A DNA stretch of 63,873 nt, the filler included, from Nitrospinae bacterium RIFCSPLOWO2_12_FULL_45_22 (GTDB lineage Bacteria > 2-12-FULL-45-22), in the NCBI GenBank assembly GCA_001803565.1. It is 6 parts of 6 records of this genome, joined end to end, with 100 filler letters (N's around TTAATTAATTAA, not from the genome) between each part and the next. Parts side by side here need not be neighbours in the genome. Positions count along the whole stretch, not along the records: positions 1 to 12,177 come from MHDQ01000201.1; 5 more parts are not named here. The stretch is one strand, 5' to 3'. The stretch's first letter is position 1, and each line of letters begins with the position of its first letter. The translations under genes were made by a program, and so were the position numbers. The notes under the pieces were generated by a model. The model made no database searches. It saw only the letters and a program-made list of their open reading frames with translations, and was not told the DNA's origin. Below, one piece after another: positions 1 through 9,594 of this stretch.

Positions 1-1560
1 AAGGAGCAGGTCATAGCCCCAGGCTTTATTGATGGCCATATGCATCTGGACTGTACTTTAGGCACAGTAGAGGAATTCATAAGATATGCCATCCCAGGCG
101 GCACTACCTCGGCAGTAGTAGAGACCACTGACATAGCTAATATCCTGGGATACGAAGGGGTAATATCTTTCCTGGATATAATCAAAGGACACCCGATGAA
201 ATTCTTTGCCCTGGCGCCTTCCCTCATGCCCTCCTTACCGACTATAGAAGCCAGACCCCTTATTAGCCAGGAGGAGTTGGAAAAGATTATAGCCTGTCCT
301 GACATAGTGGGCTTAGGAGAGACTATCTGGCCTTTTGTGACCGATGAAGACCCTTATGTGATGGATATGCTGGCAACTACCCACAAGCACAACAAGGAGC
401 TCGAAGGGCATTCCGCTGGCGCCAAAGGCAACAAGCTAGTCGCATATGTGGCGAGCGGTATCTCCTCCTGCCATGAGCCTATTAAGGTAAATGAACTACT
501 GGAGCGGCTCAGATTAGGGATCCATGTGATGATCCGGGAAGGCTCTATCAGACGGGATTTAGAGGCCCTATCCCAGATAAAGGATCTGGATATTGACTAT
601 AGGCGATTGATCCTGGTAAGTGATGGGGTAGATGCCTATGATCTATTGACCCTGGGTTATATGGAGTATATTGTACAAAAGGCTATTGATCTGGGTATCA
701 ATCCTATCAAGGCTATCCAGATGGCTACGCTAAATGTAGCAGAACATTTCCAGCTAGATAAGAAGATCGGTGGGATTGCCCCGGGTAAAGAGGCCGATAT
801 CATAATATTACCCGACCTGAGGACTATCAAACCGCAATTAGTCATCAGCCGGGGTAAGCTGGCTGCTAAAGAAGGTCACCTGCTCCTATCTCCCAGGAAA
901 GTCTCTTATCCACCGGCTGCCTTAAACTCTATCCGCCTGCCCAGGCATTTAGAGGCCCAAGATTTTTCCATAAAATCGCCCGTCACAACCGGGGAGGTAA
1001 AGGTCAGGGTCATCGAAGTTGTCAGTCCCGTAATAACCCAAGAAGCCCAGGAGCTACTCCCCGCAATAAATGGAACCCTACCCTTAATTGTTGAGAGGGA
1101 CATACTGAAGCTCTCCGTGATAGAGCGGCTAGATAATACCGGGCGTATCTTTACCGGCTTTATTAAAGGGTTTGGGTTAAAGAGTGGGGCCTTTGCCTCG
1201 AGTTATAGCTGGGAGAGCAAGAGTCCGTTAGTAGTAGTGGGGGCGGATGAAGCCGATATGGCCTGGGCGATTAACCGAATAATAGAATTACATGGCGGGT
1301 TAGTGATTTGCCAAAACCAGAAGAGCTTAGTAGAATTGCCTCTCCCTATCAGTGGTTACTTATCAAGCCTGCCATTAAAGGAGATTGTGAGTAAATTAGA
1401 AGCGGTCAAAGAGACTATCCGGAGTATGGGTTCTGCCCTAGCCAACCCCTTCTTGACCCTACAGACTTTGCCAGGTACGATATTCCCTTATTTACGGATA
1501 AATGAATGGGGCTTGATAGATATCAAGAGCAAGACCCTGGTGAATCTGATCGTTAGCTAA
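1..1560 (+). CDS. ade: Adenine deaminase-family amidohydrolase, 5' end outside the window
   Basis: Frame is open from base 1 (KEQVIAPGFIDGHMHLD, metal-binding HxH). Also LEGHSAG, SSCHE, MIREGS, LVSDG, IAPGKEADI and an adenine-deaminase-type C-terminal domain (GFIKGFGLKSGAFASS). Confidence 0.85.
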   Translation, partial: KEQVIAPGFIDGHMHLDCTLGTVEEFIRYAIPGGTTSAVVETTDIANILGYEGVISFLDIIKGHPMKFFALAPSLMPSLPTIEARPLISQEELEKIIACPDIVGLGETIWPFVTDEDPYVMDMLATTHKHNKELEGHSAGAKGNKLVAYVASGISSCHEPIKVNELLERLRLGIHVMIREGSIRRDLEALSQIKDLDIDYRRLILVSDGVDAYDLLTLGYMEYIVQKAIDLGINPIKAIQMATLNVAEHFQLDKKIGGIAPGKEADIIILPDLRTIKPQLVISRGKLAAKEGHLLLSPRKVSYPPAALNSIRLPRHLEAQDFSIKSPVTTGEVKVRVIEVVSPVITQEAQELLPAINGTLPLIVERDILKLSVIERLDNTGRIFTGFIKGFGLKSGAFASSYSWESKSPLVVVGADEADMAWAINRIIELHGGLVICQNQKSLVELPLPISGYLSSLPLKEIVSKLEAVKETIRSMGSALANPFLTLQTLPGTIFPYLRINEWGLIDIKSKTLVNLIVS

Positions 1561-1564
1561 TGGT

Positions 1565-1975
1565 CTATTTTTCTAAGACCAGGATATAGGCATCCTCCTG
1601 GCCATAGTATTTAGGAATGATCATCCTCTTTCTAAACCCTAGCTTATAATAAAACCTCTGCGCAGCTATATTACTCTCTCTTACTTCTAACCAGACCCTC
1701 TCGCCTGTCACACGGCTAATGACGGATTTCATTAACTCCGTCCCTATCCTTTTGTACCTATAAGCTGGATCCACGGCTATATTAATGATATGCCCTTCGG
1801 TAGTAAACATCACATAGCCGATAATTTTCTCATCTTTCTCATAAACCCAAAAAGTATCTGGATATTCCCGGTAAAAGGAATAAAAGGTAGTACGGCTATA
1901 GGGGTCTTTGAAAGAAGATCTCTCGATCTCAATAATTCTGTCCAGGTCCTTGGGCCGAAATTGTCTTATCTCCAT
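1565..1975 (-). CDS. rimI: Ribosomal protein alanine N-acetyltransferase (GNAT)
   Basis: HIINIAVDPAYRYKRIG, WLEVRESNIAAQRFYYKLGF, YYGQEDA. Confidence 0.85.
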   Translation of the reverse strand: MEIRQFRPKDLDRIIEIERSSFKDPYSRTTFYSFYREYPDTFWVYEKDEKIIGYVMFTTEGHIINIAVDPAYRYKRIGTELMKSVISRVTGERVWLEVRESNIAAQRFYYKLGFRKRMIIPKYYGQEDAYILVLEK

Positions 1976-2135
1976 TTTCTAAACGTGACTATTCCGCCAC
2001 AGATTTACGCTGATTGCCACTGATATTTTACACCGCCGAGCGCCCGGATAACAGTAAGCAGTGAAAAGTAAGGGGTGAGCAGTTACTCCTCACTGCTAAC
2101 GGCTCACTGCTCACTTTTAACTTAATGCCGTGCTG

Positions 2136-2994
2136 TCAGGAATTAATGGCCCAGACTAAAAACAAAGGGATAGTAACCAGACTTAGCAAGGTGCTTACAA
2201 AAATAGTAGAGGCAACCAGGTCAGCATTGGCCTGGTATCTTTCCGCCAATACAAAATTAATTACCGCCGATGGCATAATGGATACTAANNNNNNNNNTAA
2301 TGGATACTAACAGGATAATCTTTCCCGTCACTCCCGAGAGGCCCAAAATATTAATTATCATGAGGCCAAGGACAAACCCGCCACCGAGGCGGAGGAGGGC
2401 TGCCGCAGAGGCCATTTTAAGGTTATCGAGTCTTATGGTGCTGAGTTTGTAACCCAAAGAGAGGAGCATGAGGGGAATAGTGATAGAGCCTAGCATAGCT
2501 ATTGGTCGCATAATGGCTTCTGGCATCTGATAATGGACAATTGATACGGTCAGGCCCAATAGAAAGGCATAGATAATAGGGATTTTCAGCACATCCATTG
2601 GGCTATTTTGTCTACTTATGATAAAAATCCCCAGCGTATAAGTCAGGAAACTTACTGTCACATAGTAGATAATCCCCATCCTAAGGCCCTGCTCGCCAAA
2701 AGCCAGCAGGCATAAGGGCAGGGCTAGATTGCCGCAGTTCATGAACATAACGGGCAGATAAAGTTCCGATAAGCTGGTGCCTAAAAATGAGAAAAAAAGG
2801 AAGGTTATAAATGCCCCACCCAGTACTACTACCGTTGCCGAAAGGGATATGGCTATAAACTCGAACCAATGAATTCCTTTTTGGGAGAGGGAATCAAAGA
2901 CCAAGCAGGGGGCAGTTATAAAGAGTATTAAGTCAGTAATAGATTTTAAGTGGATATCCTTATTAAATCTCTCCGTCAAATATCCCAGGGCCAC
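2136..2994 (-). CDS. AEC (auxin efflux carrier) family transporter; the start may lie slightly upstream
   Basis: Multi-TM protein with FMNCGNLALP and GSITIPLMLLSLG. After the N gap at 2289-2297, which has TAATGGATACTAA duplicated on both sides, the frame continues VSIMPSAVINFVLAERYQANADLVASTIFVSTLLS to a TGA at 2136. Confidence 0.85.
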
Positions 2995-3047
2995 AATAGC
3001 AAAGACCGGGAATATAACATTACCAACTTTTATCCAGAGAATGTTAT

Positions 3048-4292
3048 CTACCCCCCATAAAAAACCATACTGGTAAAGGTTACCGCGGAAGAACCCTGTG
3101 GATCAGTCCATTGCTGATATTTCAATAGGGTTCCCTGGGTCTCATTATCCAGGATACTAAGCATAGCATAAATAGGTGGGAAGCCGCATATACGGCGGCG
3201 ATCAAAGTCCTTGCGGATAGATTGGAATAGTGCTTCTGGATTGTTTTTAGCGGCATATTCCAGGAAGTTAAGGTCTTCTCTGGAGATGGCCTGGAGAGAT
3301 GCTGGGGATGGGTCGCCATAGCGCAAGCCAACATGGGCTAAGTCAGCGCTGGCGATAAGACATATAGGAATATCCCTTTCCTTCATAGCTGCTTTCATAG
3401 CCCGGCTAAAATCCCCTACCTGACTAACCTCCCGGGGAGATACTCCAGAGAGGATCATTTCATGAAGAGAGCCGCATAGTACCGGGACAATTTTTATTTC
3501 TTTACCTTCCGCCTTTTGGTAAAGGTACTGGAGAAATAGGAGCTGGAATTCAATGGTATGTTCAGTACGGTGGAGCATCTCGTCCGCAAAGAGATCGTAA
3601 TCATACCGGGAGATCAAGTCCTGGATAAACTCTTTGTCAGTCTTCACTATTCCTAAGGGTGTCTCAAAATCTTTTTGGGTAAGGGTGAATAAATTCTGAG
3701 TAGCAGCGTGGGCAGTTCCGAAGATTATAAATAACTCCGGTGGAGGCGATTGGGCTAATTCTTTATAGGCCCAGGCAAAACATGGGCCACCGAAGCGGAG
3801 GTCTAGGTGGGGTGCAATGATACCTTTCACCATATTTCCCTTAATGTTTTTCCCCTCAATAGGTCCAGGGCCATCTGGGGCGTTGAAAAAACCGGTAATC
3901 AGGTCCCTGAGAGGGGCAGGCTCAGCCGGATAACTATCCCCGGCATGGTGCGACTTTCGCAAAGGCGAAGAAGAGAAATCCCGCTTTAGTTGCTGAAAAA
4001 ATTGCTCAAATCGCTCACTTTCTAAGAACATATTATCATCTAATTGGCGAATGACAGACTCGATCTGTTCACTAAATATCAACTCATTGAATCTCCGCAT
4101 ATACTCTGCCTGGATATCCAGGAGGTCATGTTTCCCATCAAGTAGAGTCACGATAAAAAACATAGGAAGGGATATTAATAAGGTGTTGCCACTAAAATTG
4201 TCCGGGTCTCTCAAGCAGATAACTCTCTGCCCATCGGTTTCCATAGGAAAGATCTCAATATTAGAGCGGAACTTAGGATACTTGCCAGTCAT
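3048..4292 (-). CDS. amrB: AmmeMemoRadiSam system protein B (MEMO1 family) with an N-terminal extension
   Basis: HAGDSYP, IIAPHLD, FETPLG, EHTIEFQL, IASADLAHVG, ICGFPPIY. Confidence 0.85.
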   Translation of the reverse strand: MTGKYPKFRSNIEIFPMETDGQRVICLRDPDNFSGNTLLISLPMFFIVTLLDGKHDLLDIQAEYMRRFNELIFSEQIESVIRQLDDNMFLESERFEQFFQQLKRDFSSSPLRKSHHAGDSYPAEPAPLRDLITGFFNAPDGPGPIEGKNIKGNMVKGIIAPHLDLRFGGPCFAWAYKELAQSPPPELFIIFGTAHAATQNLFTLTQKDFETPLGIVKTDKEFIQDLISRYDYDLFADEMLHRTEHTIEFQLLFLQYLYQKAEGKEIKIVPVLCGSLHEMILSGVSPREVSQVGDFSRAMKAAMKERDIPICLIASADLAHVGLRYGDPSPASLQAISREDLNFLEYAAKNNPEALFQSIRKDFDRRRICGFPPIYAMLSILDNETQGTLLKYQQWTDPQGSSAVTFTSMVFYGG

Positions 4293-4451
4293 AGTTACGT
4301 TATCGCCTCCCGCGAACCAAAATTACGAAATATCAATTGACAAAATATTAACAAATATTTGACAATAAAAAAATATGGTAACTGCTTGGTCACGTGCCAT
4401 GCTATTTTAGCTAAAAATGAATAAAAAACAACCATGAGGAGATACCCGGAC

Positions 4452-5657
4452 ATGAAAAAAGGGAAGATGCCTTTAGAAGGGGTAAGGATATTGGACATTG
4501 GTACCGCAGTAGCAGGGCCTTTTGGGCCCACTATGTTGTCAGACTTTGGGGCCGAGGTAATAAAAGTAGAATTGCCCGGCAGTGGCGATTTATTGCGCAA
4601 TATTGCCCCTATGTATGAAGGGAAATCCCTCTTCTGGGCGGTGGAAGCCCGCAACAAAAAATCTATCACGCTAGATCTGCGCCAGCCCAAGGGTCAGGAG
4701 CTATTAAAGAGGCTGGTCAGGATTTCCGATGTAGTGGTTGAGAATTTTCAGCCCGGTACTTTAGAGCGATGGGACCTGGGTTATGAGGCATTAAAAGAAG
4801 TCAATGAAAAGATTATATTAGTAAGGGTATCAGGCTATGGACAGGATGGACCTTACAAAGATAAGCCCGGCTATGACCGGATCGGGCAGGCAGTAGCGGG
4901 CCTGATCAATGTTACCGGCTATCCGGAACATCCACCAGTTAAGGCTGGTTTCGCCGTTTGTGATTATATGACCGGGATAATGAATGCCCTGGCAACGATG
5001 ATAGCCCTGTACTACCGGGATATTAATAAAGATGGTAAGGGGCAATGGGCAGATATTAGCCTCTATGAAACTATATTCCGGGTATCAGAGTTCACTACGA
5101 GCCAATATGATAAGTTAGGTATTATAAGAAACCGGACAGGCAATAGACACCCAGCGGCCTCACCAGGTGATGCTTACCTGACAAAGGACGAAAAATGGGT
5201 AGTTATCCTGGTACCAAGCGATACCATGTTCAAAAGATTAATAAAGGCAATGGGGCGGGATGAGCTAATAGACGACCCCCGGTTTAAAGACCCGGTAAAA
5301 CGGGTAGAGAATGCCGATGCGATCAATGGTATCGTGGCCGACTGGATCAGGCAATATACTATGCTGGAGATAAGAGATATCCTGGATGCCGCTGAGGTGC
5401 CAGTAGCGCCTATTTACAACATAAAAGACATCTTTGAAGACCCCCATTATCAAGCCCGGCAGGATATTATTGAGGTAGAGGATAGCCGCATAGGTAAAGT
5501 AAAGATGCAAGGGGTATTCCCTCGATTATCCCTCACCCCTGGCCAGGTCTATCGCAGTGCCCCGGCGTTGGGAGAGCATAACGAAGAGATCTATGGTGAG
5601 CTCTTGGGATTATCGCAAGAGGAAATAGGTAGATTGCAGGAGGAAAAGATCATCTAA
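4452..5657 (+). CDS. Family III (CaiB/BaiF) CoA-transferase
   Basis: PLEGVRILD, AGPF, GAEVIKVE, RNKKSITLDL, DVVVENFQPG, SGYGQDGPY, catalytic Asp in VCDY, APALGEHN. Confidence 0.92.
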   Translation: MKKGKMPLEGVRILDIGTAVAGPFGPTMLSDFGAEVIKVELPGSGDLLRNIAPMYEGKSLFWAVEARNKKSITLDLRQPKGQELLKRLVRISDVVVENFQPGTLERWDLGYEALKEVNEKIILVRVSGYGQDGPYKDKPGYDRIGQAVAGLINVTGYPEHPPVKAGFAVCDYMTGIMNALATMIALYYRDINKDGKGQWADISLYETIFRVSEFTTSQYDKLGIIRNRTGNRHPAASPGDAYLTKDEKWVVILVPSDTMFKRLIKAMGRDELIDDPRFKDPVKRVENADAINGIVADWIRQYTMLEIRDILDAAEVPVAPIYNIKDIFEDPHYQARQDIIEVEDSRIGKVKMQGVFPRLSLTPGQVYRSAPALGEHNEEIYGELLGLSQEEIGRLQEEKII

Positions 5658-5720
5658 ACTTGACTCCTTACCTCCTATTGGTTTGGGTGTGGCTATTCTT
5701 TGTCATAAAGCCTATATAAT

Positions 5721-5880
5721 TATCCTGAATCCGCAGTTAACCATCCCGAGCAAATGTAGCTGCAAAGCTTGGCTTTGCCATTGAATGAGGAAGGCAGAGA
5801 CAAGCTCTGCCGCCACATTTTGTGATGAGTAAATCTTTACCAGGACAGCATTTATTAACATTCGCTCTGGATCCAGGATA
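5721..5880. mobile_element. MITE-like element with TATCCTG(A/G)ATCC ends enclosing a GTAG-type REP-like hairpin
   Basis: Ends are TATCCTGAATCC and GGATCCAGGATA. The same right end (TCGCTCTGGATTCAGGATA) recurs at 40333-40351. No clear target duplication. Confidence 0.5.
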
Positions 5881-5917
5881 AATTCTTAATCCTAAAAGGA
5901 TACAACTGCCCAAAAAT

Positions 5918-7099
5918 TTATTTCCTCTTGATAGGGGGATAATATTCGGGAATGAACCTCTCCCAACCTACCTCGGGGTTAACAGCACATCTGATGCTAA
6001 AACCAGTAAACAGGGTCTTAAGGCAGGTATTGCACAAGACACAACGCCTTATTTCGTCAAGTTTACCAGCCTTTGCCTTATTAGCCCAGGCGGGATCTGC
6101 TATCAGTCCTCGAGATAGGGCTATCATATCAGTCATACCCTCCTTAATAGCCCTTTCTCCCGTTCGGGGATCATGTATATTGGGACATATGACCGGTATA
6201 CTTACTGCCTGTTTTATAGCCTTGGCATCATCCAACATAGTACCCTCTTCATCCGGGAGCATACGGTTCCAGACTTCATACCGGCCGGAAGAGATATGGA
6301 TATAATTTGCCCCAGCCTCCTCTAATTCCTTGGCAATCTTTTGGCCTTCTTCTATATTATAACCACCCTCTAAGTGTTCATCTCCACTCATCCTAAACCC
6401 TATAACAAAATCTGGACCCACCTTATCCCGGGTCTTCTTTAATAGATTTTTGGCCAACCTCAACCTATTCTCAAACGAACCGCCATATTCATCCTGCCTC
6501 TTATTACTATAAGGGGAAAGAAATCCAGCTATAAGATAACCGTGGCAGCCATGTACCTCTAAGCCATCAAACCCAGCCTTCATTATCCTCTCTGCCCCTC
6601 CGGCAAAAGAATCTTCTAATTCGATAATCTCTTCTTTGGTTAAGGGTCTTGGGGGCACCCCCACGGCACCATCCATAAACCCTAATCCTCTCGGGGCAGT
6701 CCCCTTACCAATGCGTGAAGGGACGTCTGAAGGACCTACCACCTCTCCACCTACGGGGAACATAGCCTGACTACCAAATCCTAGAGTTTCCTGAACTACA
6801 ACCCTGGCACCTGCCGCATGTATTGCCTCAGCCAAGTTCCTAAGGCCAGCCAATTGGCTATCATCCCAGCAACCCAGTAGTCTGCCAAAGCGGGCATATT
6901 TAGCAATAGGTAAGGCAGCCTCCACTATTATCAAACCTGTCCCGCCTTTAGCCCTGGCTACATAATAACATATAGCTTGATCACTTACGTGACCGTCTTC
7001 TGTACAATGGGATTTACCCGTTGGGGCATAGCAAATCCTATTGTTTACCTCTAGCTTGTTTATCTTTATGGGTTCAAAAAGTTTCTCTAATGATGCCAT
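5918..7099 (-). CDS. NADH:flavin oxidoreductase (Old Yellow Enzyme / BaiCD-like TIM barrel with Fe-S motif)
   Basis: NRICYAP, RAKGGTGLIIVE, GFDGLEVHGCHGYLI, NKRQDEYGGSFENR, CVLCNTC...CAVNP. ATG at 7099 follows a GAGGAG RBS. Confidence 0.9.
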   Translation of the reverse strand: MASLEKLFEPIKINKLEVNNRICYAPTGKSHCTEDGHVSDQAICYYVARAKGGTGLIIVEAALPIAKYARFGRLLGCWDDSQLAGLRNLAEAIHAAGARVVVQETLGFGSQAMFPVGGEVVGPSDVPSRIGKGTAPRGLGFMDGAVGVPPRPLTKEEIIELEDSFAGGAERIMKAGFDGLEVHGCHGYLIAGFLSPYSNKRQDEYGGSFENRLRLAKNLLKKTRDKVGPDFVIGFRMSGDEHLEGGYNIEEGQKIAKELEEAGANYIHISSGRYEVWNRMLPDEEGTMLDDAKAIKQAVSIPVICPNIHDPRTGERAIKEGMTDMIALSRGLIADPAWANKAKAGKLDEIRRCVLCNTCLKTLFTGFSIRCAVNPEVGWERFIPEYYPPIKRK

Positions 7100-7212
7100 G
7101 GTGAGTCCTCCTCTAATGAAAAAGTGATGTCGAGCAAGCTCGACCACTGCCTACTAAATACCTTGTTTCCATAGCAATATATGGTAGCGACGTTTGCTTT
7201 GCAGGGTTTTTC

Positions 7213-7641
7213 TTAAAGACGGGTGTTATATTCAAAAAGTCCATGACCAACCCGTTCTCCTAGTTGGTATTCAAACATAGCTTCGTTGAGGATATTGCCA
7301 TCGTAAGGCAAAGGGAAGTTGGCTATAAGCTTTCCCGTAATCTCTCGCCGCGTACCCCTTTCATCTTTAACTCGTAGATTGACACTTTTCTGAGTCAATC
7401 CATCTTCAGCTAGTTCTAGCTTTGGCTCTACCTCCACTACATCTATATTCCCTTTCCCATCAAATATAAACCCGGTATGTATAACCTTATCATCTGAGAG
7501 GGTTATTCTAATGGCTGTAATCAGCAGATCGTTACCGAAGATGGGCCAAAGGGCCATCCAGTTCTTAACTCCTTCCCAGTCCCTAATTCCCCAGGAGTGG
7601 TCACGCATACCGAACCCTTGGATGGGATAACTTCTTCCCTC
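7213..7641 (-). pseudogene. 5'-truncated remnant of a beta-rich G-x-G-x-RDHSWG-x-R-x-W protein (DUF7064/7065-like)
   Basis: Frame opens just after a stop as EGRSYPIQGFGMRDHSWGIRDW; the expected N-terminal half is missing. Confidence 0.5.
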
Positions 7642-7649
7642 TTAAAATT

Positions 7650-8171
7650 TTAGACTTTAGAGAGGAGATCTATCTCGATTTTACCACTCAATCTTCTCCC
7701 TAATTCAAACTGAGCCTTCAGGAATCTCCTGATCCTCCTCCTGGTTTCTCTGAGTCTATCAAAGAAGGAACCGTGGTAACTCTTTTCTGCCTCTACTAAT
7801 GTCAGGATGGTAAATTCTAGTAAATCATTGAGGCCCCGGTCCTCTTCCTTAAGTTTATGGCCCAGCGAAGCATTATACCCCTGATTAAGGACAAACCGGA
7901 TTTTTCTTTTCAGGTAGGTTAGCTGCTCATCTTGATCAAACCGACTTACTGATTCCAGAGATTCTAAAATGGCCTGGAATAGCTCTCTAAGAGAGGATAT
8001 ATCCGTGGCTAATACCTCCTGTTTAATCTCCCTCTTAGCAGCCACATCCTTCAGGAGTAGCAAAATAGCCATGGCCTGCCCTTTACTGTACTTGGTCTGT
8101 AACTCTGGTAATATTGTGTTCTCGATGGTATTAATAATGCTCTCCAGGATGGTACTCTCAGGTATATCCAT
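7650..8171 (-). CDS. Helical hypothetical protein, LvaB-like partner of the adjacent phosphotransferase
   Basis: Directly downstream of the APH gene; N-terminus (ILESIINTIENTILPELQTKYSKGQAMAI) is paralogous to 10647..11153. Confidence 0.6.
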   Translation of the reverse strand: MDIPESTILESIINTIENTILPELQTKYSKGQAMAILLLLKDVAAKREIKQEVLATDISSLRELFQAILESLESVSRFDQDEQLTYLKRKIRFVLNQGYNASLGHKLKEEDRGLNDLLEFTILTLVEAEKSYHGSFFDRLRETRRRIRRFLKAQFELGRRLSGKIEIDLLSKV

Positions 8172-8188
8172 AAAACCTCCGGTAATGT

Positions 8189-9208
8189 CTAAAAATTTAG
8201 TAGGTTGATAATTTCTTCTACCTGAGAACGATAGGTGCTGCTGATGGTGAGCAGACGGAGGTCAGGATTTTTCTTATCCAGGTAGGCCCTGACCCCGCAA
8301 ATTATTATGACAGCGAGTTTGAAATGTCCCAGAACCTTCCAATATAGTACCTCTTCCTCATTTACCTCTATGCCAGTAAAATCCTGATAAGATTTATAGG
8401 CATCTTCTTTCTCCAAAAGGTTACAGACTTTAGTCGGATCGACCGGGCTCCAATCTCTCATACAGAGCCACGCCAGGTCGCTTATAGGGTCTCCTATCCC
8501 CACCATCTCCCAGTCCAGGAAAGCAGAGATATGATCATTATGCCAGATAAAATTTCCTAAACGATAATCTCCATGTACAATAGTGAGCTTATTGGTAACT
8601 GGCATATTTTCCTTCAGCCACAGAAGGGCTTCGGCCAGAACTGGTTCTGACCCAACCCTGAAATTCCTAAGGTTATTCTCCCACCGCTCTATCTCTCGTC
8701 TAGCTGGGTTTCTTCCTTCTCCTGGCACCTCTAGATATCTATCTAGTCCTAATGCCTTCCAATCCACCCGATGGATCTGGGCCAGTACCTCTATAAGGTT
8801 CTTACCCATCTGCTCTCTCTTCACGGGATCATTATAACACTCATGTACCTGGAAGCCCCAGGGTATAGGAACCTCTCCTTCGACCTTTTCCATTACAAAA
8901 AACGGCCTTCTAAGGACATTTGGGTCCATTTCTAGCCAATAAACTTTGGGTACCGGGACGGTGGTTTTACCCAAAAGCTTAAGAGCCCAGTATTGGGGAC
9001 GGATATCATAAGGCTCTACTACACCCGCTTGGGGTTCCATCCTGAGAACAAAATCTTTAGAAACCCTCTCTCCCTTCTCTACCCACTCTGCCTGGAACGA
9101 AAAGGTCTCATAAGAAAAGCCCTCGGTCATCTTATCCAGCCCTTTTATCGAGATTTCATCGGCCTCTATCATCTTTGTCTTCAAATAGGCCCTTATCCTC
9201 TCCTCCAT
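8189..9208 (-). CDS. APH-family phosphotransferase (ACAD10/11 kinase domain / LvaA-like), copy 1
   Basis: GFSYET, VPVPKVYW, PFFVMEKVEG, VHGDYRLGN, LDWEMVGIGDPISDLAW. Confidence 0.9.
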   Translation of the reverse strand: MEERIRAYLKTKMIEADEISIKGLDKMTEGFSYETFSFQAEWVEKGERVSKDFVLRMEPQAGVVEPYDIRPQYWALKLLGKTTVPVPKVYWLEMDPNVLRRPFFVMEKVEGEVPIPWGFQVHECYNDPVKREQMGKNLIEVLAQIHRVDWKALGLDRYLEVPGEGRNPARREIERWENNLRNFRVGSEPVLAEALLWLKENMPVTNKLTIVHGDYRLGNFIWHNDHISAFLDWEMVGIGDPISDLAWLCMRDWSPVDPTKVCNLLEKEDAYKSYQDFTGIEVNEEEVLYWKVLGHFKLAVIIICGVRAYLDKKNPDLRLLTISSTYRSQVEEIINLLNF

Positions 9209-9404
9209 TTCTTTGTACCTTCAACCAATCCTTCCCCCTTAGGGTATAGTAAATGAGTAAGCCGTAATGGCTTATTGCTCACTAAAAATCTGGGTGTATC
9301 AAGGGTTTTACTTTTCAGATTTGCGAATCGCTTGAATATAAATAATCATTTTTATATTAGCGTAAATAAGTATATAATCTCAACTTGTATTTTGTCTTAT
9401 CAAG

Positions 9405-9563
9405 ACCCGAAGTATCCATCCGGAAATGTACCGCAAGAGAGCCTGGACAATGAGATGTTTGAGCGGATTTGGTACTTCTGCTGAGCATAAGCAGAGGATT
9501 AAGGCCTTGGATGAATTAGGGCAACAAGCCCCCAGTCTTCTATTTGATCTTCCCACCTCTATG
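9405..9563 (+). pseudogene. Fragment of a B12-dependent acyl-CoA mutase large subunit
   Basis: Translates TRSIHPEMYRKRAWTMRCLSGFGTSAEHKQRIKALDELGQQAPSLLFDLPTSM, matching the methylmalonyl-CoA mutase TRGxxxxMYRxRxWTMRQYAGFGT...FDLPT segment. Confidence 0.8.
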
Positions 9564-9594
9564 ATGTTTACCCATAAGGAAAGAGGGTATCCGC

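Noticed and set aside
2276-2310. Apparent frameshift in the AEC transporter
   Set aside because: It coincides with an N gap that has the same 13 bp on both sides, so it is a scaffolding artefact.
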